From positions 190,284-254,283 of the forward strand of contig VRVR01000039.1 in the NCBI GenBank assembly GCA_009859145.1: 64,000 nt of DNA. The letters run 5' to 3'. The position numbers were made by a program, and so were the translations under genes. This stretch comes from Andalucia godoyi And28. Taxonomy: Eukaryota; Protista; Jakobida. This document shows positions 11,501-20,645 of the stretch, piece by piece; positions within the stretch are counted from its first letter, which is position 1, and each line of letters starts with the position of its first letter. The notes under the pieces are model-generated. The model was not told the origin of the DNA, ran no database searches, and saw only the letters and a program-made list of their open reading frames with translations.

Positions 11501-13617
11501 TTTTAAAGAAATCATCGACTCAGACTGTTTCGGCGAACAAGCAAAGTTCTGCAGGAACGCTTCCAGCGGACTCCGTGGGCGATTATGAGATTGCCTCCGG
11601 AATGGCGCGTTGTTTGTTGCGCACCGGGGATGTACGCGCCGGGCTTGGGATTGCCTCGCAGTGGGCCACTGGGACCCTGTATGCTGAACTTGGAGCAATT
11701 CTGGAAGAGTCAAAGCAGTACGCAGAAGCTGCAACGTGTTTTGAAAAGGCCGGGTTGTTGGATCGTGCTGCTGCGATTCATCTCGCGGCAAAGAACTACG
11801 CTGCTGCGAAACCCTTGCTATTCTCCAACACACCGTCTGCTGCTAACAGTTCTTCGAGTAATACGCGGTTGCTGTTGCAGTACGGTCGTGCTCGAGAGAG
11901 CGAAGGCAAGTTGAGCGATGCAGCCGAGGCATTTGAAAGAGCTGGAGACCTTGTATCGTGGGCGCGATTGCTTGCGTTCTCCGTATCCGGTACTGCGGGG
12001 CTTGGGGGTAACGTATCCCAATCCATGTCTTCGTCAACTGCGTCGCTGTCCATGTCTTCTGCCTCTCCGCTGCCTCCAACTTCTGGTTCGAGCCGTGGGG
12101 AGACAGTGGAGAAAGGATGTGTGCAACGCTGTCTTGCAGCGGTCCGGAAAACTCCGATCGCAGAAGCTGCCCGACACGTTGCCTCTTACTGCCGAGCAAC
12201 AGGCGACATTCGTGGAGCCGTCGAATTCCTGCTGCTCGCAAGGGACACGGTGTCTGCCCTCGAAGTCGCTCGTACTCACCATGTTGTGGATCTGTTGGCT
12301 GCTCGAATCGGATCCATGGGTTTGGAAGATGATGATAATCTTTGTCGGTCGATGGCACGATATTATGAGGAACGTGGAAAGAAGCGACGCGCGGGCCGGT
12401 GTTGGGAACTGGCTGGGGAGCACGAGCGAGCATTGCAGCTTTATATCTCCACTGTTTCTGCATTGGGTGGAAGCACCACGAACAACAAGGGCAAGGCAAC
12501 GGAGACATTGGATGAAAATGGCGGAGGAGCCTCGACAGGCTTCGGCGTTGATGTTCGTGCAGTTATGCTTGCCGACGACTCGCTGACATCCTTTGCAACG
12601 GATGCTTCGTACTGGGATGATGACTCGACGGACGCCTGCCTTCGATCAGCTGTCGCGCTCGTTGGCCGGGCACGTCGCGATTCGCTGACGTCAGCACTTG
12701 TTGATTTTCTGTCTGGCGAATCCGACGGGCAGCCCAAAGACGCTGCATATATCCTTGCGCTGTACCTTGCTCTTGGGTCGTATCCACAGGCATCGCGCAC
12801 TGCTGTCTTCCTGTCGCAGAAGGAGCAGGAACTCGGCGCATATCGCAGAGCGCATGACATCCTGCAACGAACGTATGTTCAGCTGAGAACTGCACGAGCG
12901 CACATTCCCCGAGAACTGCGACAGTCTCTTGCCCTGCTTCATTCGTACATTCTTGTCAAGCCCGTAGTGAAATCGCAAGACCACCTCCGTGCAGCAAGAC
13001 TGCTTCTGCGTGTTGCTCGCTCAATCAGCAAATTCCCGGCTCATGTTGTTCCGATTTTGACGTCGACCGTGGTGGAGTGTCAGCGTTCGAATCTGAAAAA
13101 GGCAGCATTTGAGTATGCATCTGTGCTGGTGCGTCCGGAATATCGAAACCAGATTGCGGAGGCGTACAAGCGCAAAATCGAGTCCATTGTCAGAAATGCA
13201 AAGAAGGAAGACTTGGCGATACCGACTGACAGCTCGGGGACTGCCGGGGTAGGTGAGGATGAGCAAGAAACGCTTCCTTGCCCCGCCTGCAATTATGACA
13301 ACGTCCCAGTGTCCAAGCTCGACTGTCCCTCTTGTCGAGCCTCGCTGCCGTATTGCAGTGCTTCTGGTATGCATTTGTGCGGTGATGCCCATGCAAAGCC
13401 TCTTGGAGGAGTTACGTTCTGTCCTCACTGCCGTTTTCCTGCCTTCCGAGACGAGTTGTGCAAGTACCTCGATGCAGAAGATAGCCGGTGTCCAATGTGC
13501 AATGAGGCTGTCAGCAAGGGTGATCTGGAGGCTGTGCAGGACGTGATGTCTTGGCTAGCCGTCGAAGAGAAGGAGCAAGAGGAAGTTTCCGAGAACAGGT
13601 CTGCTACGGACTCTTGA
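8590..13617 (+). CDS. WDR19: WD repeat-containing protein 19 / IFT144 (IFT-A complex)
   Basis: N-terminal WD40 region (LAIGTAKGNLVIYN...PVIGKHSKKITCGAWS), TPR-like middle, C-terminal ARLLLRVARSISKFPAHVVPILTSTVVECQR...YRNQI...YKRKIESIVR, and terminal CxxC zinc-binding motifs. Likely start ATG at 8590. Confidence 0.95.
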   Translation: MPTELFCLVPDALSSAVPLVKWDPTGTLFAVSRSRGVLIHARSGKLLHDLPIAPSTKAVVKSMEWDCDGAVLAVLYDGSSTVVLYDIHSKKTETLDVKLKDVTLIVWSTSGPQLAIGTAKGNLVIYNRKTMRKYPVIGKHSKKITCGAWSKDGRLALGSDDKELTVSNAEGDLIFQGSVAAEPSEIQFAQSKNASSSNQGNSRSVVKFDSTVSVNVGGRSLLLHEIGSQTQPTELVFQARYGPIVSHSWFGDGYILVVFAGGFVALMSTHRAEIGQEVFSTKVLDSAYVMCVHHDLAKVAICGDGGIRFLNLSDLQNIHEERSDAIVVSARVESMSWSPDGQVLVYATGDGKVRGSLTHVSSVSALCVYPESSILNSLSMLNSVTAGSNSSLSWKLGANGGLAVSVAVMASLRQVAVYFLHPSQMVSGAEEPPSSAKLLQVDLEPSMLALGPKHVGVAAHSRVDFYSLTGKLDVIRKEYNSVVTSVCISDTHASVLTDSGQLVLHSLSGNAREMESDERSFPDSGVSSSESSGQTGISAHCLVAGYLVFATKNGVLCMYSLADRTVVAETRVEGSHVVSLSVHPLAASRIGLVLASGDVAVYCPLEDRLIFAPKLDDDPQGISSSTTASVSSSSIAGRRVNVGSPRMVCWPYPDVMLVSTDSHVFLYTVYPFSRTGTRVDLVRDPSDQFVSVYATKRPSSFGQFLSANGHLVYGLLKASGRVATYPVDILSLMTSSSSSSSSSSSSLSSVSAAGTIVHSASSVAGIQMQCMASLAVGRVDEAFEFADRIVGPTSSTVPSSSFSPNSSQPSPGSSEAIRDELLRRIETRALGLLQVPLARRCMIRRGDFASAGALDRMLGSQHGVGDELRLISGHLSRWNDDYDRAHEAYVASSNPQLALDMRRQMGQYDRAIQLAETHAPELVPRVLVDWAQALEFKGEARQALECYERASREKEHISTMNELEGVADAPVLKKSSTQTVSANKQSSAGTLPADSVGDYEIASGMARCLLRTGDVRAGLGIASQWATGTLYAELGAILEESKQYAEAATCFEKAGLLDRAAAIHLAAKNYAAAKPLLFSNTPSAANSSSSNTRLLLQYGRARESEGKLSDAAEAFERAGDLVSWARLLAFSVSGTAGLGGNVSQSMSSSTASLSMSSASPLPPTSGSSRGETVEKGCVQRCLAAVRKTPIAEAARHVASYCRATGDIRGAVEFLLLARDTVSALEVARTHHVVDLLAARIGSMGLEDDDNLCRSMARYYEERGKKRRAGRCWELAGEHERALQLYISTVSALGGSTTNNKGKATETLDENGGGASTGFGVDVRAVMLADDSLTSFATDASYWDDDSTDACLRSAVALVGRARRDSLTSALVDFLSGESDGQPKDAAYILALYLALGSYPQASRTAVFLSQKEQELGAYRRAHDILQRTYVQLRTARAHIPRELRQSLALLHSYILVKPVVKSQDHLRAARLLLRVARSISKFPAHVVPILTSTVVECQRSNLKKAAFEYASVLVRPEYRNQIAEAYKRKIESIVRNAKKEDLAIPTDSSGTAGVGEDEQETLPCPACNYDNVPVSKLDCPSCRASLPYCSASGMHLCGDAHAKPLGGVTFCPHCRFPAFRDELCKYLDAEDSRCPMCNEAVSKGDLEAVQDVMSWLAVEEKEQEEVSENRSATDS

Positions 13618-14004
13618 TCACTACCATCACCACCACCAATAACAACAAGAAATGATAATGATAATACGAAAAAAAGGACTCCATTTGTCTATCACATTTA
13701 TCGAGATGCGAACACGCGTGAGCGGGGAACAAGGGAATGCCTCCGAGAACCGTGTGCGAATGCTATGCGTAGGATGCGTGAGAAACGTTCACATCGGACG
13801 GAAGAGACCAAAGACGAATGACGGTCGCATGCCCCCTGGGGACATGAGGAAAGCTTGATCTTTGAAAAGGCCGCCGAGCACCTCCAAGCATTTCGTATCA
13901 AAAAGTCCACTTGTTTGATGTTTCCAGCAGTAAATTAACAACAATTCAGCGGCAGAGCACACCATAGTCAATTCAATGACCCCGAGAGTTGGCGACGATG
14001 GCGA

Positions 14005-16063
14005 TTACAATTCGTCTGGTGTCGGTGCATGCTCTTTCCACCAACTTTTGTGCACATACAGGCGGCCGCCTCTCCCAACAAATCCAATGGGACGTTTCCG
14101 AAGCCCGCCAAGCCTTTGTGTGGCCACAAGCGACTGCACTGTTTTTTCGACAATTGCTTCATATCGATTTCCGCGCTCAAACTGCATCTTTGTGTACTGC
14201 AACCGCGGTGCACCAACCCGCCATGGATGCGCATGCGGCGCCTTCTCCTTCATCACAGCATCCAGCAAGTCACGCGGCTCTTCGTAGCCACGTATTTGCC
14301 GCGAATCCAAAAGTCCCTGCATTGCATTTTCCGGATCATCCATCGTGTCAAAGTATGCATCCTCGTCCAGAGCGGAAAACGCGTCTTGAAACTCGGAAAT
14401 GCATTGTGACTTGAGGGACCGGTTGCACTGCGACGCAGAGGCAGAGGCAGAGGCAGAGGCAGAGGCAGAGGCAGCACCGTCATTGAGCTTATGAGCTCGC
14501 GATCCTTTTGATCTATGATGTTTCGACGATGCAGGCGCCGGTGGTTGAAGAGACGTCAAACAGGAGTCAATAATGGCCTTCTTCTCGTCGTCAAGCAGTC
14601 GAAAAGAAGGACCAAGACCAAGACCCAATTCCACGTCCGCGTCTGCTTCTGCTTCTGCTTCTGCTTCCGCATCCGCGCGCGAAGACGCACCCTCTTCGGG
14701 CCGACGCAGCAGTCCATTGGACTCAAGTATGTTCTCCGACCGATCAACCAGCGCCATCCGAAATGCAAACAACGGCACAATTTGCGAACCTCGAATCATC
14801 CACAGAAAACGAAAAGCAGCCATATAGTATGCAATCTCCAAGATCTTGAACGGATCCTTTTGTGACATCCCACTCCGCGCAGCATCGGCAGCACCGTCAT
14901 CATCAGCACCCTCTTCGTCCTCATCTGCATTCTCCGTCTCGACAGGCTGCAAATTGTACTGCGACTGGTATACAGCCGACGATGTCGACACGCCCGGAAA
15001 GTGCTTCTCAAGCTTCTCAAGCAGCTCGCGAACCTGTGCTTCCAATATTTGCGCACTCGTCACAACGTATTCCTTCTTTGCAATCTCGCGCTCCTTGACT
15101 TTGGCCATGAGTTCGCGCAGAACCTCCATGTCTTCGCGCACCTGCTTCAGAGCGAGCAGCGCCTCGCCATTGTTCTTCCGATCGACTCGCTTCCGCTTGT
15201 AGTCTTCATCTTCCACTGGCCGAAACGCCGCATACGGATCATCGTCCTTCTCCGAAGGCGGCATGAAAAACGCCCGCAACAGCGGCTTCCCACATGGGTA
15301 TTTTGTCGTCCTTTCATCCTTATCCCGCTGTGGAATCCGGCTTATTCGCTTAGATTTCCAGTAGTGATACACGGCAACGTTCGCAGGTGTCTTTGAAGCA
15401 ACAGTCTCCAGCGAGATCCACGACGTCTGGAACGCCTGGCTCTTCTCCAGCTTGTCCATCAGCTGCTCGGCACCATCGACCGTCAGACCCTTCACAGTCT
15501 TGCACTTCGCGTCAAGCCACACTTCATCCTCATCGTCAAAATCATACTCGACCCGCGATGAATAAGGATCATACTCCGTCTCTGCCCATCATGCACAAAA
15601 ACGTCCCAGACACACGCCCCCCAGACTTTCTGTTTAGTCTCCCGATTGCCACACAGAACAAACACAAGCCAATGACAAGAAGAAAGATTTTGGCGATGGT
15701 AGTGAAAAGAAAGCGTGCATACCTTGAGGATGGATGTAGTGTTTAGGAGGGTGAAAGGGATCTCTTGGGACCTCTACGCTGATTTCGTGGACAATAGGAA
15801 CATCGATCTCCACCTTCCTCCGGGGTGCGTGGATCGCGTCCAAAACCGCCAAATGCTAAAAAAAACCAAAAAATCCACTGTAAGCAACTACGACAGGCAA
15901 CTTCCTCAAGAAAGACAAAAGCACAAGAGAGAAAGACACATGCTTCTTTGGTTTCCGGGTCGACGGTCTCGAGCGCTGCTTGCTCGGCGTCCGTGTCGAA
16001 GAAAAGCACCGGAATAGGCCTTTCAGCGTCAATTCGTCGCTCTCGAAACGAACGAGAAGTCAT
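14005..16063 (-). CDS. EPC1: Enhancer of polycomb-like protein (EPC/Epl1, NuA4 complex)
   Basis: Model join(16063-15944, 15855-15723, 15581-14005). N-terminus MTSRSFRERRIDAERPIPV, then VEYDFDDEDEVWL, VYHYWKSKR, DDPYAAFRP and GFVGRGGRL, all EPC hallmarks. Frame is kept across both introns. Confidence 0.85.
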
Positions 16064-16423
16064 TCGCGAATTTTTGTTTTTTTTTAATAATAATAAAATA
16101 TAGTCATTCAATTATATAGAAGTGTCCTTTCTTCCTTGTCCCGCTCGACCGAACACACCATCGTGAAACCGCATTGTCCATCGATCCAGCCATCATCGAA
16201 GGGAAATCAAGCACAAGTCAAAAAAACAAAAAAACACCCCGGCAGCATCAATTGATAGTAGATTTCTTTCCACTCCGTTTCCCCCTCTTCCCAAGTCCGG
16301 ACCTTCCATTGTTATTTGAATGTTTTTCCACCTCCAAAGGAAATTCAACATTCAGTTCGACTAATAGAAGCAGTAGTAGTGGTACTCGGTGCACTGTGGG
16401 TTTAGGGGTGGTTCGCGTCGTCC

Positions 16424-17827
16424 ATGGAAAAGGCAAAGAACAAGCTGCTGATTCGAAATGCGGCTCAGCTTGTGTGTGTCGCAAACAGTCGGGAGATAAT
16501 GAAGATTGGTTCTGAAATGTCCGACGTATGTCCTCAGTTTTAGTCTTTTTGGATTCTATATAATGAATTGTTTATGGAAGACGACGGTTGGGTCGTGATG
16601 TTCTTGGGTGGGACTTACAACGACGATGACGACGAAAAGGTTTGTATAATTGAGGATGGTGCGGTAGTTGTGAATGAGCTTGGGCGGATTGAAGCTGTGG
16701 GACTGACGAGCGCTGTGTTGGCGCGATACTCGATTGGAGAGTTTGAGACGGTGTTGGATGCGACGGGGCTCTCGGTGGTTCCTGGGCTTGTGGATGCACA
16801 TACGCATCCTGTTTGGGCGGGAGACCGCGTGAGTGAGTTTGCGATGAAGCTTGCAGGTGCGACGTACATGGACATCCACAGGGCGGGCGGCGGCATCCAC
16901 TTCACGGTGCGGCACACGCGAGAGGCTGCGTTTGAGGAGCTTGTGAGGCTTTCTGCAGGGAGGTTCGACAAGATGCTGTCGCATGGAACGACGCTTGTGG
17001 AAGCGAAGTCTGGGTATGGTCTGGAAGTGGACACCGAAGTGAAGATGCTGAGAGTACTGCACGAGATTAAGAAGAGCCACCAGATTGATGTTGCGGTCAC
17101 GTTCCTTGGGGCACACTCGGTTCCGCACGATCTCACGGAGCAGCAAGCGACTGAAAGAGTGGTACATGAGATGCTGCCTGCGATCAATGGTCTGCGAAAA
17201 GAAGGGAATCTCACTGTGGACATGATTGACGTGTTCCATGAACAGGGCGTGTTTGGGACTGACTCCACACGAGAGATTCTCGAGGCCGGCTGCGAGTGTG
17301 GACTGAAGGCTAATTTCCACGGAGACGAGCTGCATGCGATGGGCTCGGGAGAACTCGCAGGTCATCTGAAGGAATGCTTGGCGGTCTCGCATCTCGAGTG
17401 CATCTCTGGCCAAGGAATTTCAACTCTGGCGATGAAAAAGATTGTTGGCGTCATTCTGCCTACCACCATCTTTGTCCTTCGGTTGTCTCCACCGCCTGTG
17501 CGCCAGATGATCGAAAGTGGGGTACCCATTGCGCTGGGTTCTGACTTCAATCCAAATGCGCACTGCTTCAGTATGCCGCTCGTGATGAACTTTGCTTGCG
17601 TTCTGTGCAAAATGTCGATGCCAGAAGCGCTGGTGGCTGCGACGTTGAATGCAGCGGCGTCCATTGGAAGATCACGGGAGCACGGGTCGATTGAAGTTGG
17701 GAAATGGGGCGATTTTGTCATTGTCAACAGTCCACGCTGGGAGCATCTTGTCTATCAAATGGGAGATGTTCCAATTAGGGCGGTTATCAAGAAGGGAGTT
17801 GTTGTGCGGGATGCTTTGAAACGATAA
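16424..17827 (+). CDS. AMDHD1: Imidazolonepropionase (HutI/AMDHD1)
   Basis: Metal-binding motifs DAHTH, HGDE, SHLE, GSDFNP and EAKSGYGL. Model join(16424-16525, 16640-17827) with a GTATGT donor; exon 1 (KLLIRNAAQLVCV) matches the AMDHD1-type N-terminus. The acceptor position is approximate. Confidence 0.93.
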
Positions 17828-17982
17828 AGGATTTTTAAAAAAATCCTTCCACCCAATCGAGTGGGAGGCGAGGCGAAGCGAGGTGACGTACCTGTTTTCT
17901 CGTATTTTTTTAATTAATTAATTAATTTCTAAATTGATAGGTTATTTGTGCTCCATGGTAGTGAATTGGTGTCGTAGGGAGG

Positions 17983-20415
17983 CTAAGACTGCTGCGCAAA
18001 TCGGCGATTCGGGGAACCGGAGAGCGGCCGTGTTTGGTATGCTGTGGGAGACGTCGTCGCGTGGGAATGGCTTGGTGATCGTGGGCCTGCAGAGGCATGG
18101 GATGCCGACCGAGAATGTCCTCTGGGAAGGCTGGTCATGTCGATCTCGGACTTTGTGAGGATTTTTGACGCGCTGGAAATCTCTGCTCGCAACGATCCCA
18201 GCAGATGCGACGTTGTGGATTTGTGGCGCTGGACCTTCTGCAAGTGGTTTTGCAGCGTGACGACCTCACGCATCAGCCGTTCGATGTGTTCCTGCTCCGG
18301 AGTAAACTGCAGCGACAAGAAGGTCTGCGTGTCTCTGTTTTCTGTTTTCCGAATTTCCTCCACGAATCGCTTCAGTTCGTCCTGCGACTGTTTTTCCTCT
18401 GCTTTCTTGAGGATGCTTGCGATGCACGCTTCAGCATGTTCCTTTGTCGTTTCCCATCTCTTCACAACGTCCAGATCTAGAATCTGATGTCGTCCGTAAA
18501 TAATCCGATCTTTCTCTCCCATCAGAAGGTCTGTTTTGGACCCGAGGTCGATAATCCGCTCTGCACGCGTCACGGAGTCCGGGCCGGTTTTCCACTTTGA
18601 CGTCTCTTTGAGCAAATTGGAAATTCGGTTTTCAAGTTGCGTTACCAACTTGATGTCCTCGGCTGAAAGCGAGGACATGATGGACGGCAGTCCGCTGGAA
18701 AGAAGCTCGCGCGTTTTCAGTCGTGCGGCAGACTTTCCAGCGTCGGAGTTCCATTCTCCGGGATACGCCTCCCCTTCGCTCTGCAAGTTCTCCAAATACT
18801 TGTCGCACACAATCGACATGCTCTTCAGTACCGTAAGATGCTTGCGGACCGTCTCGTCCATTCCTCCAAACACGGACTCTTTGATCACGCTTTGGACCAG
18901 CACTGCAAGCTGGCTGACTTCCAGTTGTTGAACCGTCACGACCTGCCCCTCTGTGTTCTGGTTGCTGGTGCTGCTTTGGAGGGATTTCGTTGCAGGTTCG
19001 ACGGCCAGGGTCTTTTCGACGCGTGTTTGGTCAACTGTCCGGGTGTCGTGTGGACGGGAAAACAAGGGCTGTGACGGTGGGCGGACGCCGCAGAACAGCG
19101 CATCATCATACCGCTGACTGTGTACTCCGAACGTCATGTCGATCCATCGGGGAAGATAACATGTGGCCTCCTCACGTTCCATGATTCGCTGAAACTCAAA
19201 GAACTGCTGACTTCCACTTCCGAATACCGACTCCTCGGAGACGAGAAACCCTGTCGAAGAGATGTTTTCGATTGCGATCTCGAAGCCGTGTGTGGCGGCG
19301 AGGGCGGCAACATCGGGGGCGACCTCGAAGTTCATCGCGACGAATACTTGAGCATCGGACACTGGGCGAGGGGTCATCCATGTGCTCACGGCTTTGGGAT
19401 CTGGGTACAACGGAAAGTAGTCCAGGAAGTTTCGGTTTCGTCCACTCTTATGATTTAGAATGCGCAGGTAGGCGAGGTTGGTGATGCTATGCAATTTCCA
19501 CAGCTTTGTAGCCTCCTCAAGCGATACGTCTCGTGACTGCACCGTCGCACATATCCTAGACATACCGTCGGTGAACGCGCCACTTGATTTTGGAAACTTC
19601 AGACAATATGACCCGTCCTGCGCAGTTTCAAAGGATGCTACAAGGCTCAGCTGTCGAGATGCATGGTCCATGATGCACATTGCTGTGATTTTTGTGGTTG
19701 GAATTTCCACGGAGTCGAATATAGGATTGGGCACGTGCGCTGTGATCCGCAGTCTATCCTGCGTTGTCGTCGTCGTCGTCGAGACAATTGTGGCCCAACA
19801 GCTGATTTCCACCATTGGAAACAAAAGGCAGCAATCGACAACCTGGCACTCCGGAGCAAAGATTCTTCGATGCCGCTGGACGTTTTGCGCAATGGCCTCG
19901 ACGACTTCATCCAGCTCATGCTTCTTCTCACGCACTAGACTGAGTTTGGATGCCAGACTTCTGAACTCACCGGAGTCGTCGCAGACGAACACGAACTGGA
20001 CGTCGTGCAACTGGCTGATTTCCTTTTGCTCCCATTTCAGCATTTTTGGCTCAAAGAGAAATGCCACGACAGCCGACGTAGACAATACGCACGACAGCTG
20101 CTCGTCGCTGCAGACCACGCCCTCGAGCGCATCCAGCGGTATCTGCAGAATCGCAAGCTGCCGGCTCGTTGGTTCGAGATACACGTTCAAAGTAGTGAAC
20201 CACAGCCAGCATTCCAAAAGCGAGCTGCGCTCTTTCCAGTCGGGATTCATCGTCCAAACTGCAGAATCTGGCTGGAGCCATATGCGCACACACTCCACAA
20301 CAGTCTCTTCCGTCGACATGAGCACCGAGTGAAGCCGGGTTCCAAAGCACTCGTTCATCCTCCGTCTCTGCACGTTATCAACTGTTCCCTCAGTTTCACA
20401 ATGCCAGTCGGCCAA
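17983..20415 (-). CDS. PH-BEACH-like domain protein with C-terminal coiled coil
   Basis: ITNLAYLRILNHKSGRNRNFLDYFPLYP and LPRWIDMTFG resemble BEACH signatures (SNFEYLMxLNxxAGRS..YPVFPW; LHxWIDLIFG). Heptad-rich C-terminus. Confidence 0.7.
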   Translation of the reverse strand: MADWHCETEGTVDNVQRRRMNECFGTRLHSVLMSTEETVVECVRIWLQPDSAVWTMNPDWKERSSLLECWLWFTTLNVYLEPTSRQLAILQIPLDALEGVVCSDEQLSCVLSTSAVVAFLFEPKMLKWEQKEISQLHDVQFVFVCDDSGEFRSLASKLSLVREKKHELDEVVEAIAQNVQRHRRIFAPECQVVDCCLLFPMVEISCWATIVSTTTTTTQDRLRITAHVPNPIFDSVEIPTTKITAMCIMDHASRQLSLVASFETAQDGSYCLKFPKSSGAFTDGMSRICATVQSRDVSLEEATKLWKLHSITNLAYLRILNHKSGRNRNFLDYFPLYPDPKAVSTWMTPRPVSDAQVFVAMNFEVAPDVAALAATHGFEIAIENISSTGFLVSEESVFGSGSQQFFEFQRIMEREEATCYLPRWIDMTFGVHSQRYDDALFCGVRPPSQPLFSRPHDTRTVDQTRVEKTLAVEPATKSLQSSTSNQNTEGQVVTVQQLEVSQLAVLVQSVIKESVFGGMDETVRKHLTVLKSMSIVCDKYLENLQSEGEAYPGEWNSDAGKSAARLKTRELLSSGLPSIMSSLSAEDIKLVTQLENRISNLLKETSKWKTGPDSVTRAERIIDLGSKTDLLMGEKDRIIYGRHQILDLDVVKRWETTKEHAEACIASILKKAEEKQSQDELKRFVEEIRKTENRDTQTFLSLQFTPEQEHIERLMREVVTLQNHLQKVQRHKSTTSHLLGSLRAEISSASKILTKSEIDMTSLPRGHSRSASHASAGPRSPSHSHATTSPTAYQTRPLSGSPNRRFAQQS

Positions 20416-20585
20416 ACCGTCAGAAATGGGAATTTACTTCATTTCATTTTTCCGTTGATGCCTTCTGTTTTTGGTCCGATAAGCGAGGCAGCTCGATTCC
20501 ATCTGTCGTAGACAGTCTTCGGAAGTAATTACGGCGGTTAGGTTTGGATGTCCCTGCGGCCGTTCCGTTTTTCCCAATTTTTTAA

Positions 20586-20634
20586 TTCATTCTTCATTCT
20601 TCATTCTTCATTCTTCATTCTTCATTCTTCATTC
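20586..20634. repeat. (TTCATTC)7 heptamer tract just upstream of the ATG at 20646
   Basis: Seen directly in the sequence. Confidence 0.95.
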
Positions 20635-20645
20635 TAATCAAGAAG

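Noticed and set aside
13789-14004. In-frame continuation after the EPC stop codon, suggesting read-through
   Set aside because: The stop follows the last conserved EPC motif and the extension has no recognisable similarity; likely chance.
16556-17413. 285-aa antisense ORF, and similar antisense ORFs over the RCC1, SSRP1 and UBA5 genes
   Set aside because: Shadow frames of well-supported genes.
17829-17848. GGATTTTT-AA-AAAAATCC inverted repeat after the HutI stop
   Set aside because: Short A/T-run palindrome; in a eukaryotic 3' UTR it is not evidence of a Rho-independent terminator.
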